Origin: an uncultured archaeon
Lineage (GTDB): Archaea > Asgardarchaeota > Lokiarchaeia > Sigyniarchaeales > Promethearchaeaceae
Direction: 5' to 3'
NCBI GenBank assembly: GCA_964426185.1
Contig: CAYRPF010000051.1
Coordinates: 1 to 23,793 of the forward strand
DNA length: 23,793 nt
The translations under genes and the position numbers were made by a program. Positions 1 through 8,632 of this stretch are shown here, in pieces (within the stretch, counting starts at the first letter, position 1; each line of letters begins with the position of its first letter). Under the pieces are notes generated by a model that was not told the DNA's origin, made no database searches, and saw only the letters and a program-made list of their open reading frames with translations.

Positions 1-55
1 AATCGATCGTTTGGAGGATTATCAAATACCTGTTTTGGAGATCCTCTATATATAA
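1..55 (+). CDS. 3' end of a gene entering from the left edge (partial)
   Basis: Frame 2 is open from position 2 to TAA at 53-55 (IDRLEDYQIPVLEILYI*) and converges on the GTPase gene; too short to identify. Confidence 0.3.
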   Translation, partial: IDRLEDYQIPVLEILYI

Positions 56-78
56 CCTCTCCCGAGTCTATGAATATT

Positions 79-1503
79 TTAAATTTCGTCTAAAGAATCG
101 GGATTTTCACATAAAAGATATTGATAAAGAATATTCTTTAAATCTCCTACAGACACCTCAAACTTCTCTTCTTTTAATAGATTTTTATATAAATCTAAAA
201 TTTTATTAAAGGAGATTTTGCTCCTACTTTGATAATGTGATTTTATGATCATGTCGAAAAACTGAATTTTTTGTTCAAGCTGCTTAATTATTTCAGGATC
301 GGTAATAAATTCACCTTTAAGTATATTATCTTCAATTACTTTATAATTTGCTTCATGAAATCTTTTAAGAAAATCATAAAACCTTATCCATAATCCTTTA
401 TCCATATCAACTCTATCTATAATATAAATCCCGATAAGTTCATGATATACCCTTGCAATTATCCGAGTATTTTTACCGGATAAAAAAAATGAATCTAGTC
501 CATTATAATCCATTTTCTCCCCAAATTGCACGGTTTTGGCAAAATATTTGGATATCTGTTCTTGGTTTGATTCAGAATTTGTTTTTGAAACAAGAGAATC
601 AAAAAAGTTAGGAGTACTTTCATATGAAAACAGTATAATTCCCTTCAAATTTGCTAAGATAAATCCTTTCACATAATTCTTTTCAGTTAATAGCGTATCT
701 TTTAGTTTGGAAATGTAGGTAGTATCAATGAAATTAATTATTTGTAATCCTTTCTCACTTAATTTTGTTATTTTCTGATTATTTTCCTTAACAAGAATTC
801 CATCACGAATAAGAATATTGAAAAATCCGACAATTTCAATTGGTTGTATACGCAAACGATGTTTTAATTCATCATAATCTGGCTTTTTGGGCTTTTTAAA
901 ATGGCGCATGAGCTCAGTTTCGATAAAAAGATCGTAAAAATCAAAATTCTCGTTGTTCTTATAGACACTTACCAAAGTTCGTAATATTGCGAAAATTGTT
1001 TCATTAATAAATTGCGGTTGGTTACTCGTTGTAAAGAAATCTATATTTATTCTTGATTCTTTTCTAACTTCTTGTAAATTTCTCTTTAAATCGTTCAATT
1101 TTTGGACAGTTAATAAATCAATTTTATGTAATAATATCCCTATACTCGCATTTATGTGATGTTTTCTTACATTTTCATCAAATTGTCTAATAACATCTAG
1201 ATTTTCATACCATTCATCTGTAGCTTCAAGAATTAGAAAAACCACATCTATATTGTCTAATAAGCAAGAATCTTCATCAAACCACTGAGATAGATTTGGC
1301 CCCGGTAAATTGCATACTAATAGTTCTGTTTCGACATCATTTTTTTGTTTAACTTTTTTTTGCTTAACTGCTTTTTTTTTTTGCTCAAATGCTTGTTTTA
1401 ATACATTTAGAGGATTAACTTTATCGAAAAAGATCTTTCTTATGGTATTTTTTCCTGAACCCGCTCTGCCAATGAAAGCAATTCTAACTTTGGGAGATTC
1501 CAT
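79..1503 (-). CDS. Rag/Gtr1-like small GTPase domain (degenerate) fused to a winged-helix and a longin/roadblock-like domain
   Basis: N-terminal P-loop GRAGSGKN, G3-position NLPG, Rag-type G4 HKID, G5-like TTS. Central wHTH-like segment (ELKHRLRI...FFNILIRDGILVKE...KLSEKG). C-terminal VKGFILANLKGIILFSY beta-hairpin typical of longin/roadblock folds. Confidence 0.7.
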   Translation of the reverse strand: MESPKVRIAFIGRAGSGKNTIRKIFFDKVNPLNVLKQAFEQKKKAVKQKKVKQKNDVETELLVCNLPGPNLSQWFDEDSCLLDNIDVVFLILEATDEWYENLDVIRQFDENVRKHHINASIGILLHKIDLLTVQKLNDLKRNLQEVRKESRINIDFFTTSNQPQFINETIFAILRTLVSVYKNNENFDFYDLFIETELMRHFKKPKKPDYDELKHRLRIQPIEIVGFFNILIRDGILVKENNQKITKLSEKGLQIINFIDTTYISKLKDTLLTEKNYVKGFILANLKGIILFSYESTPNFFDSLVSKTNSESNQEQISKYFAKTVQFGEKMDYNGLDSFFLSGKNTRIIARVYHELIGIYIIDRVDMDKGLWIRFYDFLKRFHEANYKVIEDNILKGEFITDPEIIKQLEQKIQFFDMIIKSHYQSRSKISFNKILDLYKNLLKEEKFEVSVGDLKNILYQYLLCENPDSLDEI

Positions 1504-1579
1504 AATACTATTAATTAAAGGAACAACCTAAATATATTCGTAAATTTAATATAGAAATAGAAAAAAACATTGCATATCA

Positions 1580-2245
1580 TTACATATCGAGTTCTTTCTT
1601 CAATTTTTCGATCTCTTTCTTCAAAGTATCGGAATCTTTCTTCTCACTAGCGGTTTCTGGCTCGGAACTGTAAAGAGAAATACTTTCCATCTTCTCTTCA
1701 GGTGTCTCCGGAAGTTGCCCTGCATCTTCGAGCATTAACTCTGTCTCTAATTGGGAAAGATCTTCATCAATATCTATGCCCATATCAACTTCTGGATCCC
1801 CAGCAAATAGCTCACCGGCTTCATTGATTTGTTCTATGCTTTCTTCAGCTTCTTCGGTGATTTCAAGTGCGCGCTCTGCATTAACAGTGGTAGCAGCAGC
1901 CTTTAATTCTGTAGCGGCGGTTTCCATAGTTCCAGCAACATCAGTAATAACATTTGCTTGCTCCAAAGCATCGAGCTGACGTTCAGCACGCATAATCATT
2001 GCATTGTATTGCAAGATTTTGTTTTGAAACTGCTTATAACGAATAAGCATGGTCTTTGCGGCTTTCTGGTTTCCCATTTTTAGGAAACTTTTTGCTTTTG
2101 ACCGGCATAATTGAGCTTTATTTTCATAATCCTTAATTTTCATATCCAATTTATGTGTAAGGGTCTTTAATTGAGCTTCAGTGGTTAATTTTTCACTTTG
2201 CTGTTTTTTACTGGGGAATAATTTACGAAAAACCATAGCATTCAC
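1580..2245 (-). CDS. ESCRT-III Snf7-family protein (Vps20/32/60-like); ATG at 2236 is a likely start
   Basis: Basic helical N-terminal half (AKSFLKMGNQKAAKTMLIRYK...QLDALEQA) and acidic C-terminal half (IDEDLSQLETE, LPETP, terminal amphipathic helix EIEKLKKELDM). Confidence 0.88.
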   Translation of the reverse strand: MNAMVFRKLFPSKKQQSEKLTTEAQLKTLTHKLDMKIKDYENKAQLCRSKAKSFLKMGNQKAAKTMLIRYKQFQNKILQYNAMIMRAERQLDALEQANVITDVAGTMETAATELKAAATTVNAERALEITEEAEESIEQINEAGELFAGDPEVDMGIDIDEDLSQLETELMLEDAGQLPETPEEKMESISLYSSEPETASEKKDSDTLKKEIEKLKKELDM

Positions 2246-2264
2246 TAATGTTTTAGTATTTTTT

Positions 2265-2311
2265 TATATATAATAATTAACTATAAGCGTTTCTATATAT
2301 AATAATTAACT
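2265..2311. repeat. Direct repeat TATATATAATAATTAACT x2 in the divergent snf7 / DHQS-II promoter region
   Basis: Identical 18-mers at 2265-2282 and 2294-2311 (29-nt period). Confidence 0.8.
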
Positions 2312-2343
2312 GTAGACCATTCTTTTTAAATGGAGTTAATCAG

Positions 2344-3543
2344 ATGAAACATATCATCATAAATGTATGGCAAATTTCGGAAGAATCTAAGTTGCAAAGT
2401 TTAGTTCAAACCGCATTAAACAAGGGATTTTCCAATTTTCTGATAAATTCATCCCAACGAGCCAAGTTTCATGCATACCCTAATATTACGTTATTTGAAG
2501 TTGATGATAATTTTCCTACAGCCTTAGAAGGAAAGTATTTACGTGTTATAAGTCCAATAAATCCATCCGAAGATGGCTTAATTCAAAATTCTAAAAAAGA
2601 ATCAAATCAAATTTCCGAGAATGAATCAATTAATTCTCAGAAAAGCCTTTATCTTGAGTTCAATCAAGAATTAAGCACACAACAGATGGAAAAAATTCAA
2701 GAAGCACTAAAAAATCATGTTTTTGCAGTCATTCTCCAACCTAATGATTGGAAAGTAATACCTATTGAAAATTTAATCGCTTTATTTCAGCAAGCATCGG
2801 AGCCAAAACCCCTACTTATTGTCAATATCAGTTCTCAATTACAGGATTATAAGTTGGTTACAAATATCTTGGAACAAGGTGCTGATGGAGTGTTATTTTC
2901 TCCAAAAACTCATGATGACTTAGAAAAAATTGGCGAATTACAACACAATCGATTTCAACTGCCTCTAATTACCGGAAAAATATCCAAAATTAAATTAATT
3001 CCTACTGGTGATCGGGTCTGTGTGGATACTTCATCTTTATTGCAACCCGGTGAAGGATTGTTGGTAGGAAATACTGCAAAAGGATTCGCATTGGTAGAAG
3101 CAGAAGTTAATAAATCAGAATTTGTTGAACCTCGTCCATTTCGAATTAATGCTGGAGATGTCTCTGAATACCTTTTAATTCCAAAAAAGGGGGAAAACGG
3201 AGAAATGGACTTATCCACAAAATATTTGGTGGAATTTAAGGCAGGGGATCAGATTTGGGTATTCAACACTAAAGGTTTTTGCCGTAGCGTTGCGGTTAGT
3301 CGAGTGAAAATCGAAAATCGCCCCTTATTGCTTTTTGAAATTTCGGTAAAATTATCTGATACCAAAGAAGAAATTACCTTTCCAGTAACTTTTCAATATG
3401 CTGAAACCGTACGTTTATTTAACTCTAAAGGTAATTCTATTCCCGTCTCGGAGTTGGCAATAAATGATGAAGTTTTAGTCTGTATTGGACCTTCTGCTAC
3501 ACATTTTGGGATGCCAATTCGCGAAAAAATTATTGAAAAATAA
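2344..3543 (+). CDS. aroB': 3-dehydroquinate synthase II (archaeal alternative shikimate-pathway entry)
   Basis: Motifs DWKVIPIENLIA, LEQGADGV, GDRVCVDT, GEGLLVG, PRPFRINAG, VKIENRPL, QYAETVRL, THFGMPIREKIIEK. Confidence 0.93.
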   Translation: MKHIIINVWQISEESKLQSLVQTALNKGFSNFLINSSQRAKFHAYPNITLFEVDDNFPTALEGKYLRVISPINPSEDGLIQNSKKESNQISENESINSQKSLYLEFNQELSTQQMEKIQEALKNHVFAVILQPNDWKVIPIENLIALFQQASEPKPLLIVNISSQLQDYKLVTNILEQGADGVLFSPKTHDDLEKIGELQHNRFQLPLITGKISKIKLIPTGDRVCVDTSSLLQPGEGLLVGNTAKGFALVEAEVNKSEFVEPRPFRINAGDVSEYLLIPKKGENGEMDLSTKYLVEFKAGDQIWVFNTKGFCRSVAVSRVKIENRPLLLFEISVKLSDTKEEITFPVTFQYAETVRLFNSKGNSIPVSELAINDEVLVCIGPSATHFGMPIREKIIEK

Positions 3544-3642
3544 AAATCATAATAAATCAATAAATAAATAAGAGAAAAGAAGGAGGTGTGTTTAATCCCC
3601 CTTCTTAATATATAAAAAGCTTACTTTATCTATCTTATTTTT

Positions 3643-4239
3643 TCATTTTCGATAAATTTTGACATTTATTAAGCCATTATCAGCTTTAACTTCGACGTCT
3701 TTCTTTGGTTCGAAGGGTAAATGAACGCGTTTTTCATAGAATAATTTATCACGCTTGCCAGTAACGGTTAAAATTTCATTTTTAATTTCTATATCAAGAT
3801 CTTCTTTGCCAATCCCTGGCATTTCGAAGGTATAAATTTTTTCAGATGGAATTTCTTTTTTGGTTTCTGATTTTTTAGATTTACGTGATTTTCCAGATAG
3901 TAAGTGCTTGATTTTTTTGCTGGGTAGTTTTCTAAAACCTCGTCCATAGCGATTTTCAATGCTTTTCACGAATTTTTCCAACGTTTCATCATCTACATTG
4001 CCTTCAATTGTAATTTCAGGTTCAGCCATACCAGTTTCATATTTATATGTCAAAGCATAGCTCTTGCTATCATCATTGGAATCAAAAAAGTTTTCATAAT
4101 GAGAGGTGTAGTGATAAGTGTTCTTGTCGTCTTTCGCTTTTTCAAATAATTTGTCAAATTCATCATCAAATTTGTTCCATTCATCAAAAATTTTGTTGAA
4201 TTGTTTGTCAAACTCGTCAAAAATGTCCGGTAGCTTCAT
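3643..4239 (-). CDS. Hsp20 / alpha-crystallin small heat-shock protein
   Basis: C-terminal FEMPGIGKEDLDIEIKNEILTVTG...VHLP...KADNGLINVKI; Phe/Asp-rich N-terminus; GGAGG SD (complement of 4249-4253). Confidence 0.85.
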   Translation of the reverse strand: MKLPDIFDEFDKQFNKIFDEWNKFDDEFDKLFEKAKDDKNTYHYTSHYENFFDSNDDSKSYALTYKYETGMAEPEITIEGNVDDETLEKFVKSIENRYGRGFRKLPSKKIKHLLSGKSRKSKKSETKKEIPSEKIYTFEMPGIGKEDLDIEIKNEILTVTGKRDKLFYEKRVHLPFEPKKDVEVKADNGLINVKIYRK

Positions 4240-4281
4240 GGTATCACGCCTCCTTCAATGGTTGGTTTGAATAATGTAAGG

Positions 4282-4360
4282 ATTTGATTATTTGTTAACT
4301 TTATGTTAACAATGAATCAAATTCAAGTAAGTAATATTATTCTGAGTATTTAAATGTTTT
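4282..4360 (-). promoter_or_regulatory. hsp20 promoter: TATA box with BRE-like purines, plus a downstream palindrome
   Basis: Minus-strand AAAACA-TTTAAATA at 4347-4360. Imperfect inverted repeat ATTTGATT-at-TTGTTAAC-N5-GTTAACAA-tg-AATCAAAT at 4282-4322. Confidence 0.55.
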
Positions 4361-4566
4361 GTATCATCTACTACCAACAACTGGTGTTAACTAAACAAAT
4401 ACTATTTTCAACAAAAGAACAAACCTAACAAAATTCATGTATAAGACGTAAACTTTTTCACTTTAAAATCATTCAACTATTCTAACTCTTGGTAGGTTTT
4501 AACAATTATTCTCAAGCCCATAAATTTAAGAGTTAGGTATGCTTAGCATCATTAGGTTTACCGTTT

Positions 4567-5436
4567 ATGTATTTGCGCCAAGTATATGCCACCAAACATC
4601 CTGCAATTTCATTTGAAATTTTCCCACCGAAGGGTAATTATCCTATCAACCAACTACTGGAACAATTGGAAATTTTCAGTCAATTAAAACCAGATTATAT
4701 AAGCGTAACTTACGGAGCGGGTGGTAGCACTAAAGATAAAACCATAAAAATTGCAGGTATGATTAAAGAAAATTTTCAAATTGAGCCTCTTGCCCATTTA
4801 ACTTGCATAACTTCCACCAAAGATCAAATCCACAGCATAATCTCCGATCTGAGCAATCATGATATTGAAAATGTGTTGGCATTGCGCGGAGATATACCGA
4901 CGGATCCAAATTTTGTTTTTCCTACTCCTTTACATTTTGAATTTGCAAGTGATTTGATTCGGGAACTAAGAAAGGAACGAAAATTTTGTATTGGAGCGGC
5001 TTTCTACCCGGAGGGTCATATCGAAGCACCCAATCGAGAAATCGACTTCAAGAATGTGGCCTATAAGGCAAAACAAGGAACCGACTTTTTAATTTCTCAA
5101 ATGTTTTTTGACAATGCATATTTTATCAAGAGTGTAAAGAAATTGCGCGAAATGGGAGTTAATCAACCAATTTCTGCAGGAATCATGCCGATTACCAACA
5201 TCAAACAAATACAGAGAATAGCAGATTTATGTGGTGCAACGTTTCCCCCAAATCTTTTGAAAGAATTGAAAACACGGGCAGATAATCCAAAACATGTAGA
5301 AGATTTCGGTATTCAATATGCTACCGATCAAATTGCAGATCTTTTGAATAGTGGGGTGGAGGGAATCCATATTTACACCATGAATAAACCCAGAATTGCC
5401 GAAAAAATCATTCAGAATATCAGAAATTTACGATAG
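4567..5436 (+). CDS. metF: 5,10-methylenetetrahydrofolate reductase
   Basis: SFEIFPPK, SVTYGAGGS, AHLTC, NVLALRGD, FYPEGH, SQMFFDN, AGIMPI, GIHIYTMN. Confidence 0.96.
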   Translation: MYLRQVYATKHPAISFEIFPPKGNYPINQLLEQLEIFSQLKPDYISVTYGAGGSTKDKTIKIAGMIKENFQIEPLAHLTCITSTKDQIHSIISDLSNHDIENVLALRGDIPTDPNFVFPTPLHFEFASDLIRELRKERKFCIGAAFYPEGHIEAPNREIDFKNVAYKAKQGTDFLISQMFFDNAYFIKSVKKLREMGVNQPISAGIMPITNIKQIQRIADLCGATFPPNLLKELKTRADNPKHVEDFGIQYATDQIADLLNSGVEGIHIYTMNKPRIAEKIIQNIRNLR

Positions 5437-6205
5437 AGAGTGGATTAAACTGATCATCACACCATACAAATTGTTACCTGAAGTAAAACGATATTTGGGT
5501 GGTTTAAATCATCAAGAAATGGATTCCGAAATTTTGCAGATTATTGAAGAAGTCATCCAAAAATCTCGACCTCAATTTCTGTTAAAATTTTTTCCAATTA
5601 ATGTTTCAATGGAATCAGTCAAAGTTTGTATAGAAGATTCAGATATTTGCTTTAAGTCAATGGATTTGGCAAAATTATTATCAGAAAGCAGAGAATGTGG
5701 AATTGTTGCAATCACATTAGGGCATGAAATCGACCGTCAAATAGCATTATATAATAAAACTGACTTATCCCGTGGAATTATCTTCGATGCCGCCGCAAGC
5801 GCATATGTTGAAGCAGTATGTGACAAAAGACAGCAAGAAGTTGAGCAAAAGTACCGAGAAAAAAGATTAGGGTTTACATTTCGTTTTGCACCAGGGTACG
5901 GAGACTTGAATTTAAGCATTCAACCAATTTTACTCAATCTTCTAAATGCTTCAGTAAAAATTGGGATTTCCGTGTCAAAATATTATACTCTCTATCCGCG
6001 AAAGTCAATGACAGGCATATTTGGAGTTGTACTGCAAAAAAACATGCAAAACCAAATTGATTTTCAGCAAAAATCGGGAAATTCATCAAAATATCAACGT
6101 CCTAAGAAAACTGACCATCCAAAGTGTCATTCATGTTTAAATTATAAACATTGTATATATTTAAGTGAGGGAACATATTGTGAATATCGAAAAAGAAATC
6201 TATGA
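5396..6205 (+). CDS. Stand-alone B12-dependent methionine synthase reactivation domain; true start probably near 5450-5471
   Basis: EVKRYLG, AITLGHEID, DAAASAYVEA, RFAPGYGDL, PRKSMTGIFG, C-terminal Cys cluster CHSC-x4-C...C. Lies between metF and metH. Confidence 0.88.
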   Translation: MPKKSFRISEIYDREWIKLIITPYKLLPEVKRYLGGLNHQEMDSEILQIIEEVIQKSRPQFLLKFFPINVSMESVKVCIEDSDICFKSMDLAKLLSESRECGIVAITLGHEIDRQIALYNKTDLSRGIIFDAAASAYVEAVCDKRQQEVEQKYREKRLGFTFRFAPGYGDLNLSIQPILLNLLNASVKIGISVSKYYTLYPRKSMTGIFGVVLQKNMQNQIDFQQKSGNSSKYQRPKKTDHPKCHSCLNYKHCIYLSEGTYCEYRKRNL

Positions 6206-8627
6206 CCATTTATGCTTTTTTGACGGGGCAATGGGAACAACCTTACAGCAAAAAGGCTTAAAAACCGGTGAAATACCTGAAAAATTGAATTTTACCCACC
6301 CAGAACTGATAAAAAGCATCCACCAAGAATATTCTGAGGCGGGTGCAGAAATGATCAAAACTAATACCTTTGGAGCCAATAAATATAAATTACATCCAAC
6401 TGGCTTAGAAGTAGAAAAAACTATTGCTCAAGCCATAAAATTGGCTCGTGAAGGCGCAAAAGGAAAGTTGATTGCTTTAGATATCGGTCCCATTGGCCAA
6501 ATGCTTGCACCAGTTGGACCATTAGATTTTGATGAAGCCTATGAAATGTTTAAAGAGCAGATCTTGGCCGGAGTAAAGTATGGAGTGGATTTAGTGTTAA
6601 TTGAAACGATTTCGGATCTTTACGAGGCGAAAGCTGCGATTCTAGCTGCCAAGGAGAATTCATCACTACCAGTTTTCTGCACTATGACTTTTCAAGAAGA
6701 TGGGAGAACACTAACTGGAACGGATCCTGAAACTTTAGTATCAGTTATCGAAGGCTTGGGAGTAACGGCTTTGGGGGTTAACTGCTCTTTGGGACCCGGA
6801 GAAATTTATCCAATTGTGGAACAAATAATGCAGTACACTTCAATTCCGGTAATTGTACAGCCAAATGCAGGACTTCCCGTATTAAAAGATGGAAAAACGG
6901 AATTTCTGATAACTCCAGAACAATATGTAACCCAAATGACTAAAATACTTGATTTGGGTGTTCATATAATTGGAGGATGCTGCGGCACCACACCTGAATT
7001 TATCCGTCAAATGGTCTCGAAATTTAAAAATTTTACCCCCCCTCCAGTTAGAAGCCAACTACGAACCACTTGTGCATCACCATGCCATACTGTTGAAATT
7101 GGAAAAGATATTGTCATAATCGGAGAAAGAATTAATCCTACGGGTAAAAAACAGGTTAAGGAAGCTTTGAAAGCAGGTAATCTTGATTATTTACTCCAAG
7201 AAGGAATCCGTCAGAAAGAAGCGGGAGCCCATGTTTTAGATGTGAATGTAGGTTTGCCAGATATCGATGAAATTGAAATGTTACCCCGCATTTCTCGGGA
7301 ACTACAAGAAATTCTCGACATTCCTTTGCAATTCGATAGTTCTAATATAGAAGCTTTAGAAAAAGCATGTCGATATTACAACGGAAAACCGATTATTAAT
7401 TCTGTTAATGGAAAGACCAGTAGTATGGAAAAGCTTTTTCCAATTGCAAAAAAATATGGATGTTTAATGGTTGCACTCTGTTTAGACGAACGAGGGCTTC
7501 CAAAATCAGTCCAAGATAGGATTGAGATTGCAGAAAAATTAATATCAACCGCACAAAAATATGGTATTCCAAAAGAATTCCTTCTGATAGACTGTCTTAC
7601 TTTAACTGCCTCTGCTCAACAACAAGCAGTGAATGATTCATTGGAAGCAATGCGTCAGTTAACGGAAAAATATCAAGTGGTCACGGTTTTAGGGGCAAGT
7701 AATGTTTCTTATGGATTACCTGCAAGGCCTTTAATAAACAGAACCTATCTAGCAATGGCCTTACAATGTGGTTTGAAAGCACCAATTACGGATCCTCTCT
7801 CATCAGATGTGATTGAAACTATTGATGCTTTTCGGGTATTGGCAAATTTAGATAAAGGAAGTAAAGATTTTATCGATAAATATAAAAACTATACATCACA
7901 TACCAATCTTTCTTCACCGTTCTCAGCGAAATCAGCGAAAAATTCAGTTTATTTTGAAAATTCTAAAATTCAAGCCGAATCTTCAATGTCATTCCCATCA
8001 AAAAGTAAAGAATTGGAAGATATTATTTTGAAGGGTTTAAAAAACCAAGTTGTATCCGTTACCCGCACCATACTACAAGAAATTTCTCCGATGGAATTGG
8101 TTGATTCGATTTTAATCCCTGCTCTGGATGAAGTAGGACGTCGCTATGAAACTCATGAAATATTTCTACCTCAACTAATACGGTCAGCTGAAACGGTGAA
8201 AGTAGCCTTTGAATTAATCAAAGAACGACTGATTCAAACTCAAAAAACACCAATATCCAAAGGAACGATCATTTTAGCCACAGTAGAAGGAGATGTGCAT
8301 GATATTGGTAAAAATATTGTTAAAATCCTCTTAGAAAATTATGGATTTCAAGTTATTGATTTAGGTAAAGATGTCAGTGTAAAGAAACTAATATATGCTT
8401 TACATGAAAACCATGCCCCATTAGTGGGTTTAAGTGCATTAATGACCACCACGGTGATATCGATGGAAAATATCATTAAAACAATTCATAAAAATAAAAT
8501 ATCGTGTAAGATAATGGTAGGTGGAGCAGTATTAAACCCAGAATTTGCCAAACAGATCGGGGCAGATTTCTATGGAAAAGATGCTAAAGCCGCGGTAAAA
8601 ATAGCGCAAGATGTTTTTCGGGCCTAG
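6180..8627 (+). CDS. metH: B12-dependent methionine synthase (Hcy-binding, pterin-binding, cap and cobalamin domains; no reactivation domain)
   Basis: FDGAMGT, TNTFGAN, GVNCSLGP, GGCCGTTP, IGERINPTGK, GDVHDIGKNIV, GLSALMTTT, VGGA. GTG at 6180 is preceded by a GAGGGA SD-like sequence. Confidence 0.93.
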   Translation: MNIEKEIYDHLCFFDGAMGTTLQQKGLKTGEIPEKLNFTHPELIKSIHQEYSEAGAEMIKTNTFGANKYKLHPTGLEVEKTIAQAIKLAREGAKGKLIALDIGPIGQMLAPVGPLDFDEAYEMFKEQILAGVKYGVDLVLIETISDLYEAKAAILAAKENSSLPVFCTMTFQEDGRTLTGTDPETLVSVIEGLGVTALGVNCSLGPGEIYPIVEQIMQYTSIPVIVQPNAGLPVLKDGKTEFLITPEQYVTQMTKILDLGVHIIGGCCGTTPEFIRQMVSKFKNFTPPPVRSQLRTTCASPCHTVEIGKDIVIIGERINPTGKKQVKEALKAGNLDYLLQEGIRQKEAGAHVLDVNVGLPDIDEIEMLPRISRELQEILDIPLQFDSSNIEALEKACRYYNGKPIINSVNGKTSSMEKLFPIAKKYGCLMVALCLDERGLPKSVQDRIEIAEKLISTAQKYGIPKEFLLIDCLTLTASAQQQAVNDSLEAMRQLTEKYQVVTVLGASNVSYGLPARPLINRTYLAMALQCGLKAPITDPLSSDVIETIDAFRVLANLDKGSKDFIDKYKNYTSHTNLSSPFSAKSAKNSVYFENSKIQAESSMSFPSKSKELEDIILKGLKNQVVSVTRTILQEISPMELVDSILIPALDEVGRRYETHEIFLPQLIRSAETVKVAFELIKERLIQTQKTPISKGTIILATVEGDVHDIGKNIVKILLENYGFQVIDLGKDVSVKKLIYALHENHAPLVGLSALMTTTVISMENIIKTIHKNKISCKIMVGGAVLNPEFAKQIGADFYGKDAKAAVKIAQDVFRA

Positions 8628-8632
8628 ATTTC

